Assembly: GCA_010405405.1 (NCBI GenBank)
Contig: MU004238.1
Location: forward strand, 73,530 to 137,529
Direction of reading: 5' to 3'
Length of the DNA: 64,000 nucleotides
Origin: Microthyrium microscopicum
Taxonomy: Eukaryota
The stretch's first letter is position 1, and the number at the start of each line of letters is the position of its first letter. Made by a program: the position numbers and the translations under genes. The notes beneath the pieces were generated by a model. That model was not told where the DNA came from, searched no databases, and saw nothing but the letters and a program-made list of their open reading frames with translations. Below are positions 47,899 through 59,900 of the stretch, in pieces.

Positions 47899-49691
47899 AT
47901 GGGTCGCAAGCGACCGACGCGGCGGGCCACGCAGTCAATACCTGCTCCCATACGTTTAAGACCCAGCCAAAAGTTTGACGGAGATGATGGTCAATGGTCA
48001 ACCTTCATAGTTGGTGTTGGGACGCCTCCACAAAACTTCAGAGTACTTCCCGCGAGTCAAATCTCGGAAACATATGTCACGTCCACCGAAGGATGCATAT
48101 CTTCAGATCCATCGAATTGCTACAGCTTGCGCGGAGGAGAGATATTCAACAGTAATCCACCAGCAGGCTTCTTGTCGAATCAGTCCTCGACTTGGGACGA
48201 ATTGGGACTTTATGGCTTGACTGAAGAGTCGACTTTGGACGTTACCGGAAATGGAGATTTTGGAACAGATGTGATCAGTTTGAACGGCGGAAATGGATCC
48301 TCAACGGGAGATGGCGTTTCTTTGGCAGCACAGGTTGTTGCTGCTGTACCAGACAAAGACTACTTTTTAGGTTCACTAGGCCTTTCCCAACGTCCTCCGT
48401 CGTTCAGCACCGCGTCGAATGCGAAAGACAATCTCCTGGATAGTTTGTACGAGAAGAAGCTTATTCCTAGCAGGAGCTTCAGCTATACGGCAGGCGCATA
48501 CTATGGCGATAGTAAGTCATTAGTCATGAGTGCTTTTTGAGTATGAAAGAGCTAATCGTTGATATAGATGGCAAAAACAACTACGGTTCATTAGTACTCG
48601 GGGGATACGATTCTACCCGATTACAAGCCAACAAATCGCTATCCATACACTTCGGACAATCCGATTCGCGACCGATCATCGTTGGCGTACAATCAATAAT
48701 AGCATCAGATAGCTTGAACGGAACCGCAAGCATGACATCTGGAACCAACGGCCATCTATCACTCATAGACTCCTCAGTGCCACACATATGGCTCCCTCGC
48801 GCCGTCTGCGACAACTTCGCCTCCAACTTTGGCCTCTTCTACGATGTCAACTCCGACCTCTACATAATAAACTCCACCATGCACGCCAAATGGAACTCTA
48901 CTAATCCCACATTCACCTTCAAGATCGGTAGCACCGCCACCGACAATGGTAACGGCATCAATATCATCCTCCCCTACAAAGCATTCGATGTCTCTGTTGC
49001 ATGGCCGATATATGCCAGCACAGTATATAACTTCCCCATCCGCCGCGCCGCCAATGACTCACAATACGTGCTTGGTCGCACATTTCTACAACAAGCACAC
49101 ATCACAGTCGACTATGATCGGCAAAACTTCACAATCGCTGCCGCCATATTCCCCGACACCAGCACCTCCGAAAACATCATCACCATCAAAGCACCCACCA
49201 CCGGCAGCTCCACCTCCAAAATATCCACCGGCGCTATAGCCGGCATAGTAATCGGCGCCATCGCTCTGCTCATCCTCGCCATTGGCGCATTCCTCTTCTT
49301 CCGCAAACGAAAACGCTCTCAAGCACGTAAAGCCAAAGTCTCCGAACTAGACGCCCGCGACAGCGGGATAAATCCCGCATACGCAAAAGTCCCAGGTGGA
49401 GGCCTCCACGAAGCTGGCGGAGACGAAGTACATGAAGTACCAGGTTCAGACACAGAATTTAAGCAACGCGCAGGCGCAACGGAGCTGGATACTGTGCCAC
49501 CTGTCTTTGAATTGCCGGGTGAAAACAACTTGTCGCCGTATTCTCAGCATCCATCCCCATATCGGACGAGCCAGGGGAGTCTGGGCGTGAGTAGTCCGGG
49601 GACGGCAACGGGAAGTGGTGGACCGTTGAGTCCGACGCAGCCTAGTCCGATGCATAGTGCGAGTCCGGGGAGTGAGAGGAGGCGATTTTGA
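47899..49691 (+). CDS. Peptidase A1 (pepsin-like) family membrane protein, first catalytic Asp absent
   Basis: WSTFIVGVGTPPQNFRVLP, GSLVLGGYD, LIDSS, YVLGRTFLQ..VDYD; TM GAIAGIVIGAIALLILAIGAFLFF. Intron 48512-48567. N-terminus unresolved. Confidence 0.88.
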
Positions 49692-50160
49692 GGGGCGATG
49701 TGAAGTTGTTAATTGTCAAAAGTTGAGGGAAGGGAGATTTTGTAATGATCATGTAATTGGATATGGAAGCTATGTGCTCGGATTTGAGAGGCGTCTTCAG
49801 CATTGCATACGCTTGTTTGGAAGAAAGGCTAATTGTTGTTTATAATTATAAATGCGAGGCAGTCAGAACGAGTTCCTGATATCAATGATAACTAGATCTT
49901 TTTGGTCAAAGTAATGGCACACATCGTTCGATCTTGTACATTTACGTTTGGGAACTCAAAATCTTATCAATGATAGAATGTCATCATCTAAGCATAAACA
50001 CAACTCCATTACAGTGTGGGTATGTAACAAGCCAAAAGCAGCTCAATATAAAGCACGACCCAAAGCGCCATGCAGTAGAACACAAACACGTCCCATCTTC
50101 ATCAGTCATCGACTCATCATTAAGTAGTGAACAAGCCAGCTCCAACGAAGTCCCAGTGTA

Positions 50161-52162
50161 TCATTCATCCAGCTTTCCAGCCAAAGCTCGTAGTACGTCT
50201 CTCGAAGCTATATCGGCCGAGCCACTAGATGCTTTCGCCTCCTCGTCTCTCCGTTCTAATCTCTTCGCCCAAATGCCTTTGATTCTGTCGGCAATTTGCC
50301 CGGCAGTGTCGGCGTATGTCCCGAGCCTGTGAATTCCATCTGCGAAGGCGTCGACCGTGGGCTCTAGCTTTCCGGCTATAGCTTGTATTCGAGCGGATAT
50401 TGCTTGTGTAGAATCATTGGAGGAGGTTGATAGTTTGAGCGATGACATAATTGCGCGCTGACTGTCAGAAAGCAGTTCTTGATTTATCTCAGAGCTGTCT
50501 GGCTCTGATGTAGGTTTCGTCACTGGCTTTGACTTTGGCAGAAGCTCTTTCCATGTCTTTTCTTCTGCTTCGAGGCTATCGTTTGTTAGTATCATGATAT
50601 ATATTGATCGCAGTGTACATACTGCTCAATCTCGTCTTGCAGTTCTTTGAGCTTAGCCTCATTAGTGATATTCCGAGGATTGGGTTTCTTTGGCAACGAA
50701 GGACCTGGATTGTCTTTCCGGTCGAACCAATCCCACAACTGCGATTTGGAAGAGAAGTCCTTGATAAGCTCTTCTTGGATTTGGCGTGCTAAGCCGAGAT
50801 TAGCTTCTCTCTCTTTAATATTGTGCCGTACTCACCTGATTCGATAGCTATCGTCTCCAGGGTGCTCTTGTCGGTAGAACCCCGTGGCTTCTCCAACAAT
50901 GCTCTAGTTGAGCACCATATCAAAAGATGTCTCATCCGTTGCGGTTCAAAGAGACCCGTCTCGATGAGTTTGTAAAACTCGTCAACATCTACTTCGGTAT
51001 GTGGTATAGCTACATAATCAGAAATAATAATATTAGCGTCTAAATCCTGCTTTGGGGGAAGTGCTGAGAAGTCCAGCAAGATGTAGACTCCATTGGAAGG
51101 GCGTCGCTTTTTGCCAGATCCGTAGATCTTCTGTGCAGCTGGCCGTGCAGCTTTTGGCAAAGTGGCTGGGCCATCCACAAACTTGCGCTTCTCAGCGGGA
51201 GTGTTCTTACCGTTCGAAGTTCCGCTGTCTATCAACGAGCTAGCTCTTCTCCCTCGTAGACCAGTGCTACTCCGCCGATCGCCTGATGAGTTTCTGCCTC
51301 CTGCAGCTCTCATTGCCTTGTTTCTCTTGATTACCGGAGTGTCCGCGAATGGTAAGGCAATAGTTGTGCCGTTCTGTCGTGATTTCTTAATATTCAGATT
51401 CTGCGCATCATCTATTCTGGGGCTCTCCTCTCGTCTAATCTCTTTCCGCACAGGTTGTTGGGCAGGCGGAGGAGTTCGTTCGAGCGTGCGTGATTTTCGT
51501 TGCTTTGGTGCTGGCGCAGTCTTTTCGACAACTGGAGCTTCGTTCTCAGCGGACAATCGTGCTGAGCGCCTTCGTTTGGGAGGTGAATCGGCTTTCGGAG
51601 AAACCTGTGGTTGAGCTTTCTTCCTACGAGGCTCTGGAGCAGACTCGGGTGGATCTGGGGCCGGTGGTGCGGAGGTGGAGGACGTCGCATCTGTTTCATT
51701 CGCCGTTCTCTTTGGATTTCTTCTGCGAAAAGTAAAGCCATCTTTCTCCTCGTCGTATACTACAGATGGTCAGTAAAGCCTCCAAACATAGGATTTTCCA
51801 ATTGTGCAGGGGTTAGAATCCAAATGCGCTAAAAGTGTATTGCGGTGGGTGACGTGAAGAGAAGTCCTCGCAGGGCAATACAACAATCCAAGCTGTCCAT
51901 GACTCAGGGCAGTACGATAAAATCGCTTCCAAACATCGCCGGAAAAGTACGAACCTTTTTTCTTCTTGCGCCCCGGTTTGACAAGTGGTTTTTGCCCTGT
52001 AGCATCATCCAGCCCATCGTCTCCTCCTATCCGACTTCTCTTCTTCAGAGGCGCTGAATCTTCATCCTCCATATTGACACGCGCAGTCGCCTTTCGTTTT
52101 GTCCTTTGCGCAGCCGACATTTTCAGAGGCTCCAAGGGGGCGCGCGCAACAAGCGCCGTCAT
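50161..52162 (-). CDS. DSN1: Kinetochore MIS12-complex subunit Dsn1/Mis13
   Basis: YDEEKDGFTF, PFADTPVIKRNK, RRSSTGLRGRRASSLI, IPHTEVDVDEFYKLI..EPQRMRHLLIWC, LEPTVDAFADGIHRL. Introns 51760-51954, 51010-51210 and two short ones. Confidence 0.88.
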
Positions 52163-52937
52163 GGAGGTGGGTTATGCGCGTTTGGTGTTGACCAATGTTT
52201 GTTTGACTGGTGGTTGTCAACCACGGCAATGGGGAGAGGTATGTGTCACGAAGCGTTGTTTTCGGGTGCCTGGACGCGTCGGTTGCCTAGAGATGCTGAT
52301 TGAGCGGGAGTGAGTGACGGTAGGCTCCGAATTGCAGGCGTTGGGATAGAATATAGTCGTGTTAGAAGTTACTGGAGGCGTGGGAACTGCTTTGGCGATG
52401 AGGGCGGGAGCTCGAGCATTTCCGCTCCATGTAAACAATGCGCTTGCCAAGAAATAGACACGTGAGCCACAGGTGCTCGATTAGGAAAGCGCGAGTGGCA
52501 CTTGCACTAGCCTCCTTGTGGCATCATGGATTAAAGCTGTGGTCCGTGCATCTAGCGTGTCAAGAGCTTCAAAATATGGAAGGCACGTCTTTGATCATGA
52601 CAACTTTACTTCAACCTCCTTTGTTGTCTAAAATTGTATGATTTTGGTAACGATTCGAATGCCCGGGCTGATATCCGGGTCTTGAACTGGTTCCTTCAAA
52701 TCGAGAAGATAAGAGGAGCGCTTGGGCCTCGTATGTATGAATGAGACAGCCTTGAAAAAACATCCTCGGTACTTTTCCAAATCTCATCAGTCCAATCGGG
52801 GCTGCATGATTCTAATTGCAAAGTTGCCGAATGGCCACGGTATCTATAGCAAGGTAAATAAACATCCAATGTAAACTTCGTTCCTCTCTTCTTGCTTGTC
52901 TTCCAGTCCATCAACCAACAGCACCACAATCTTTACA

Positions 52938-54531
52938 ATGGCTATCAAATCATACTCCCGCGGCGAGGTCGCAAAGCACAATACCGAGGAAGACCTCTGG
53001 TGCATTATCGACACCAGAGTCTACGACCTCACAGATTTTGTTGACGCCCATCCCGGAGGAAATGTCGTCCTTCGTGAAGTCGCTGGCAAGGATGCCACCA
53101 AAGAGTTCTATGGCCTCCATCGCCAGGAAGTGCTCATCAAGTACGAGGACATGTGTATTGGCTCTATTGAAGGCGAAAAGCCCACAATCATTATCCAAAG
53201 AGCAGGAGAGCTTTCTCAAGTCCCATATGCCGAGCCAATATGGCTGCGACCAGAGTTCCGAAGTCCTTACTTCTCTGACAAGCATCGTTTACTTCAAAAG
53301 ACCGTCCGCAAGTGGGTTGACACATACCTATACCCCAAGGCGCAACAACACGAAGCCGAGGGCACATACATTACAACAAGCCCAGATCTAATCCAGCAGA
53401 TGGTGAAGCAAAATCTTATTGGAATGCGATTGGGACCAGGCAAACATCTTCACGGCCAGTCGTTGTTTGGCGGTGTCATGAAAGGTGAAGAATTCGACTA
53501 CTTCGCAGATCTCGTCACCATGCAGGAAATGTCTCGTGTCAATGCTAGAGGTTTCTCAGATGGAAATCTCGGAGGCTTGGTCATCTCATTGACGGCGATC
53601 CGCAATTGGCTACAAAACGAAAAGCTTCGCGACTACGTGACGAAGGAGTGTATGGAAGGTCGCAAGTTCACAGCTCTTTGCATTTCCGAGGCTTTTGCTG
53701 GAAGTGACGTTTCAGGACTACGCACGACTTGTGAAAAGACACCAGATGGAAAGTTCTTTATCATCAATGGTACCAAGAAGTGGATCACCAACGGAATGTT
53801 TGCGGACTACTTTGTCACAGCTTGCAGGACAGATAAAGGCTTCAACATGATCCTTGTTCCCAAACAAGAAGGTGTAGAAGTCACACCGATCAAGACATCA
53901 TACTCTCCTGCCGCTGGAACGGCCTATGTGCAGTACGATAACGTCAAGGTTCCAATCGACCACTTGATGGGCAAAGAGCATGATGGGTTCCGAGTCATTA
54001 TGGGCAACTTCAATCACGAGCGATTTGGCATGGCTTGCGGCAGTATCCGTAAATCTCGAACCATGGTCGAAGAATGCCTCAAATGGTCCAATCAACGACA
54101 AGTTTTCGGAAAGAGACTGATAGACCAGCCCACCATTCGTGCAAAGTAAGTAACTCTTCATAAGTCAAAAGTTCGATCTCTAACTTGGGCACAGGCTAGC
54201 TAAAATGATTTCCATCGTCGAATCGAATCAGGCATGGTTAGAATCCATCACATACCAGATGAACAACCTTAGCTATGCCGAGCAGAACAAACTTCTTGGC
54301 GGTCCAATCGCTCTACTCAAGCAGCATATCACCCGCGGTGCTCATGAGATTGCCGATGAAGCCACCAACATCTTTGGAGGCCGTGGTATCACTCAAACAG
54401 GCATGGGCAAAGCTATTGAGATGTTCAACAGAACTTACAAGTTCGATGCTATTCTGGGAGGTGCGGAAGAGGTCCTTGCCGATTTAGGTGTTAGACAGGC
54501 CATGAAGTTCATGCCTAAGGCTATGTTGTAA
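52938..54531 (+). CDS. Acyl-CoA dehydrogenase with N-terminal cytochrome b5 domain
   Basis: VYDLTDFVDAHPGG heme motif, ISEAFAGSD, INGTKKWITNG, FNHER, IFGGRG, ILGGAEEV. Intron 54146-54194. Confidence 0.93.
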
Positions 54532-54917
54532 AAGAGAATACCATATTCTTTCAACATCGGAAAGGGAGTTTTGGATCCTCTTGCAAGTGCATCTGTACAA
54601 AATTTAGAGTAATTTGCTGAAAATGTTTAAGCACTGGCAGCCAACTTGATAGAAGCAATTCGTGACACAAAAGACAAAACGTTTGTTAATGAAATGTGCA
54701 AACTTTGCAGCTTGCGGGTATAATTGATTGGTAAATAATACAGATCCAAAAAGAGCTTTGCAGTCTTGTAGAGGATGATGATCTAAGTCAAAATGACAGA
54801 ATATTCCTCCATGCTAATATCGCTCAAAGCTTAGCTTCAATGCTAGCCAGCCATAACCATTCCAAATGCAGTCCAATGTCGTTCCTTCGTAAGTTCCATA
54901 AATTTTGGAGAGTAGAT

Positions 54918-55094
54918 TCAAGTCCAGTAGCCGCCTTTGCGGCCTTCGCTGCTTGACGTATCGTCAGAGCTACCAGATCCGTATGTGATGACTACGGTTG
55001 TGCCGGCCTGAGGTACCGGTAGTATGCTTGAGGTTGACATGTTGAGGGAAGAAGAGTTGTGTGAGTTGTTTGATTGTGATGTTGATTGAGCCAT
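54918..55094 (-). CDS. Candidate small peptide gene (58 aa; 40 aa from second ATG)
   Basis: TATA box ~195 nt upstream, A/C-rich G-poor leader, ATCAAATGG start context. Encodes MAQST..MSTSSILPVPQAGTTVVITYGSGSSDDTSSSEGRKGGYWT. Confidence 0.55.
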   Translation of the reverse strand: MAQSTSQSNNSHNSSSLNMSTSSILPVPQAGTTVVITYGSGSSDDTSSSEGRKGGYWT

Positions 55095-55287
55095 TTGATA
55101 TGTGTGGTGTTTTGGATTTTGAAGCTGGAGTGTGCTTCGAGGTATTTGATGATGATAATAGTGCGTTGAGTGCTTGTATATGGAAATGTTTTGTAGCGTA
55201 GTCGTTGGGTTGAAGAGACTTGTATAATGTGTTTGATGTTTGCTTGAGGTGATGAGGATTCTAGAGATTTGAGAGCATTCCGGTCTC

Positions 55288-55374
55288 TTATATATATCAC
55301 ATTCAAGCTGGGTAAAAACCAAGTTGGTTTCAACAATTAGGCTGAGCTGCTACCCGTTGGGCCAGGGAACAAAG
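55288..55374 (-). promoter_or_regulatory. TATA box plus HMG-box-like sites
   Basis: ATATATATAA at 55288-55297 (minus), AACAAT at 55332-37, AACAAAG at 55368-74. Confidence 0.45.
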
Positions 55375-58300
55375 AGCCATTGGTGCCTAACGACAGTCCA
55401 ATGGAAATAGGCCTAGCTGTGACTCCTCCAAGGCAGAATAATGTCGCCTAGATGTCAGAGCCTCCGGTCAGTATGTTCAATGGCAGTGCTGCCTACCAGA
55501 GCAATCAGACTCTGCAGGCGAACAGTCATTGTGCCATTGTGCGACGCATAAAAACTGAGATGAATGCGTTGGCTCGCATGTATCTCCCCCAGCTTGTCAT
55601 CTTTCTCGCAGGGCAAGGCAGGCACGCAATAATTCAGCGTTGCTAACTTGCTGCCCAACGCCACCCTGTCCTGCAGAAGGACCGAGGCTGAGCCCCTTTT
55701 TCTCAATCTTGCCCAATTTTTCCTCTTTCTCTACTCCAACCTTCTATGACCGCGGCCTCAACAACGTCTCCATTAGGCAATAACGAGGCATATTGCTTGT
55801 AATCAGATACTTTATCTATTGCAAAGCCATGCTCGATATTTTGTCAGCTTAGGATCATACGACACTTGACGCACGCTCCGTTGTAACGACGGGGCTGGTC
55901 ATGACTGCCAATTCTGCTATAATCTTCCACTGCGATAGACAATTGTCAGATTTGAATTTCCCTAGCCTCCGCAAAGACCAGGAAGTTGAGGGACAAACCC
56001 TTGGAATGAAGCCTCCTATCACGACCCCGTTGCCCCTGACTTACTGCAGGTACAACCAAATAGAACAAAGCTGTCGTCAGGACCCGCCACGTTGTTGTTG
56101 CGATCCAAGAGGAAGCACGTTACGGTGTTACACGAATTCTCAAGGCGATAAAGACTTGTATTCCGCGCCAAGCTTCATTATCGCGTCCAAGGCAACGCAA
56201 CAATCTCACCTTGTTGATAGTAGGAGAATCATGATAGAACACAGAGCGGTTTCACTACAGATCACTGCCGTCTAGGTCTCGTTTCGACAAGTGTCCAGGA
56301 AGTTGTGGTTTAGGACAGGAATGAGGCGGGCTTCACTGTGAATACAGTGATCAGTGATGCGACACCATACTGCCCAGTCCATGAGGTCTCAAAAGAGAGA
56401 TTCCTAACATTGTCAGAACATCTGGATGATACGGCAATGGTTTTTTGAGGAGTCGATGGCTGGTAAACTTATACTCACAAGGTTGAGAAATTGCCATAGT
56501 GCCAATCATGAATTTCGCAACAGGATGCTCATAGCTTTCTTCCGTATGCCCTTCAAGGATACAAAGAGTTTGAAGCACCGAACGGGAAAGAAAGGAGGCA
56601 CATACCGGATGATGTCCAAAGTTACCGACTCGCCGCAACTTGAAGACAGTTACAATAATCAGTTTCCTCGGAAAGCCAGCCTCGATGCATCGCCGCAATT
56701 TACCACAAGAAGGTCAGACTTATGGCCGTCTGACAGTGAAATGCTGGCGCGAGAACACAAATTTAGATCAACGTACTGAAAAGCGGTCAAATTGAAGGGG
56801 AGATAATAATGGAACAAGAAATCCTCCTTACTTCGACAAGCGCTTCGGCTGAGGCCTCCTTCGTGGCCGAGCATTTGACCCAGGAGTTGACCATAAACTC
56901 ATTATCTCAACAAGACCGTTATTGTAGCCACGTGGAAATGAGAGTATTAGCCGCCGTAGTAAACGCAGTTCAGATTGTGTTTTTTTCTGTAGGATTTCAG
57001 TCGAGGATTGAGCCATAAAAGATCTAAATGGATTGATAATTGGATGGAGATAGTAGTTTCTGTTGTGAGGCTAGTCAAGTAGCATGTCTAAGCCTTTTAG
57101 AGTCTGTGTCTGCAAGTTATCATCAATTCGTATTACTCTCATTCTTGCTGCTTGAAAATTCCTTCTGACCGTCTTAAAAACACAAAATCACAGGCCATCG
57201 CTCTGTTTAGGACTCAATGTTCCCATTGAACGATAACAGGTCTTAGTATCTTAGAACTCTGTACAAAAGAACTTAACGTACTCAGCGCAATCTTGAAGTT
57301 GACCATTCTGGAAGTCTATCGAAACTTTTTAGCTGGGGAAATAGTTAAGGTATACAAACTAGTCGAAAATATGCCCACGCAGCCTACGCAGTATCGTACG
57401 TACTAGTGAATGTCTTGGAAAGCTTGATCAGTTTGTGTATAGCACAATGGACGAGCTTCTATTGCTTGTACGACTTATCTGACTCTGACAAGAGAGTCGG
57501 TGAGTAAAGTTTCTGCGTTAGACATGAAAAACTTATAGTCAGCTGACTATCATGATATTCGAATATCACAAGACAGATCGATCGTGACGGATCAACGCGG
57601 GGACATGCTTTTGGTGGCAAGATCATCCAAGTTTTGACAGCTGCTTCTCCCCATATGGATTTTACGATGTGGAGTTCATGCATTGCTTTCGCAACGTCAC
57701 TTGCTAGAGTGGAATCTCTGAATGACGGAATCAAGTTGTTCTATCATAGCTGTTCACCCAGTAGAGTGCAGTGCCCAGTACGTACTTGGTAAATACCTAC
57801 CTACTCAGATACTTGTGCGTGATCAATACAGATTGTAGTTCCGCATGGTCACTTCTTAGAGATACTTACTCTGCTTTCTTGAAGACACAAATAGTTCAAA
57901 AAAGGTTAAATTAAATCATTCATAAGCCCGAAGCATAATCATACTGCTAGGTAACAATGACGTGGTGTTGTTGCTAGAAAGAATTGAAGCATTTCACTAC
58001 TCAAATAACGGTCGACGCCACAAAGCTTTAGCAAGATCAGTAATGATTTTCGATCAATGCTGATTGGATGCTATCAAAATGCGGAGAACAGTTGCGGCTC
58101 ACGTCTCCACGAAACGCCACGTTTAAAAAGTTAGGGGCCAGGATCTTGGCATCATTTGAGCAAGCATTATCGACGATGTAGTCGGATGTCGTTCCGTTTC
58201 CAGGCACTTGGCAACGAGGATGTCAAAGTATTGATTGTAGTCGGGCACTCATTATTAGTGTTACCACCCATATCTGCAGCTTGCAGCAACATGAACACAG

Positions 58301-59900
58301 CAGAGCACTGCGGGTAGACCGTCATGATCCAACTAGAGCTGTAGATGATCGTTGGCTCGGCGGTCATTGGTGGCGCTTTGCATGTTCGCCTTCAAGAAGC
58401 CTGCCTGTTTCGTACACGCTTGCCGCTGGCCCACATGCCGACCATGCTTGTCTTTTTTGAGACTTGCATGCCCATTGTTCTTCGGATGCTTCCAGGAACG
58501 AACAGGGTGTGTAGAAGTGTACGGCACGAGGCTGTCGATTGGACAATTGTCAGCACATTTCGGTCAAATGGATGCCGATCTCTTCGCGAAGGGTCTCGCG
58601 TCGCTGCTCAAAGGCGTTCGTGGTGACCATTTAAACATCGTCAAATGGATTTTGAGACGCGCCACCGCTTCTGTGCAGCTGTTGGAAAGAGGTCACTTGG
58701 TCTGTGAGTTCCATAATTTTTTCAGGCTTAAGGTGTGTGTCTGTACAACTCGGGCACTTTTCAGTGTTCGTAGACGTAACTTTCGAACCTCAGCTCGTTA
58801 AAGCAAGCTTCTGGTTCGCTGCCCAGCATCCTAAGATTTTGACAGATGTAAAATGACGTCCTGATTCGCGTTTGCAAACCTTCTGATGATTTGATATTCG
58901 CATCTTCCTTCCGGAACCGACTTGGAATTAAACTCGACTGCTCTTAACTTGACAGTCGTGCAGGTGCTATTCTTGCTATCCTATGCATGGAAAGAGAAAG
59001 CTTCGGCGCAGATGATTCATGCGGCCTGAAGTTACACTGCTTTGCCGCCAACAGCGTCCTCTCAGCCAAAATTCCAAAATAGTGGTGAGCTTGGGCTGGT
59101 CCAAGCTTGTGATCCTCGATAACTGTCAACGACGGCGTGCTGATCCTAGACCCCATATTGAAGCAATGTGTATTTGGTACTTGTACTTACCGTAAAAAGT
59201 ATTGGCAATTTTGGTCTAAAGGTTTTCTAGTATTACGGTAGCAATGATGACATTTTGAAATCTACAGTACCTGGTGGAAATCCAAATATCATTTCATCAC
59301 TGCACAAGGCTGATATTAGCAAAGCTGATATTAGGCCGCCAATAGGGTCAATATACTCGGTACAAACAAAGCCAGACTCGAGAATCATTTGAGCAGTTTG
59401 AGCACATACCAACTTGTATATTGACCTCTCTCTTGACCACCCCGGCCAATGCATCTCAATGGGGCTAAGCAGAGACCACCCGCCAGGACAAAGCATTACT
59501 GAACCAGTCAAAACTCAAGTGGAGATTATCTATTTGGTAACTTTGTGGAGGAACCGGACTGACCAGACCCGTTTGTGTTGCCGTCTCTGCTGTTCTGCCC
59601 CCTTGTCGCTTTTCATGGGCCTCTCAAGACTTCGCGTGTGTAAATGACACAGACCCAGAGCTGACCCGATCTGCGGATTGGTGGTTATAGCAATGTCGTT
59701 TGAGTATATGAGAGACAGCATGGCCCTTGTTCAGCATGTTCGTCAAGAATTCCGTTCCTCGTCTCATCTTTTCAACTTCCTTTCCCTTCTTTACCTATAT
59801 GTGATATCCTATCGTGGGTAACATATCACGACTTCTTTGCCACTTCTCTAGTCCCACAACAATCACATCTATTTGTACATAACTCATTACATTCTTCGTC

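Noticed and set aside
56426..56779. 117-aa ATG ORF in the intergenic region
   Set aside because: No motif, splice or promoter support; may be chance or a relic.
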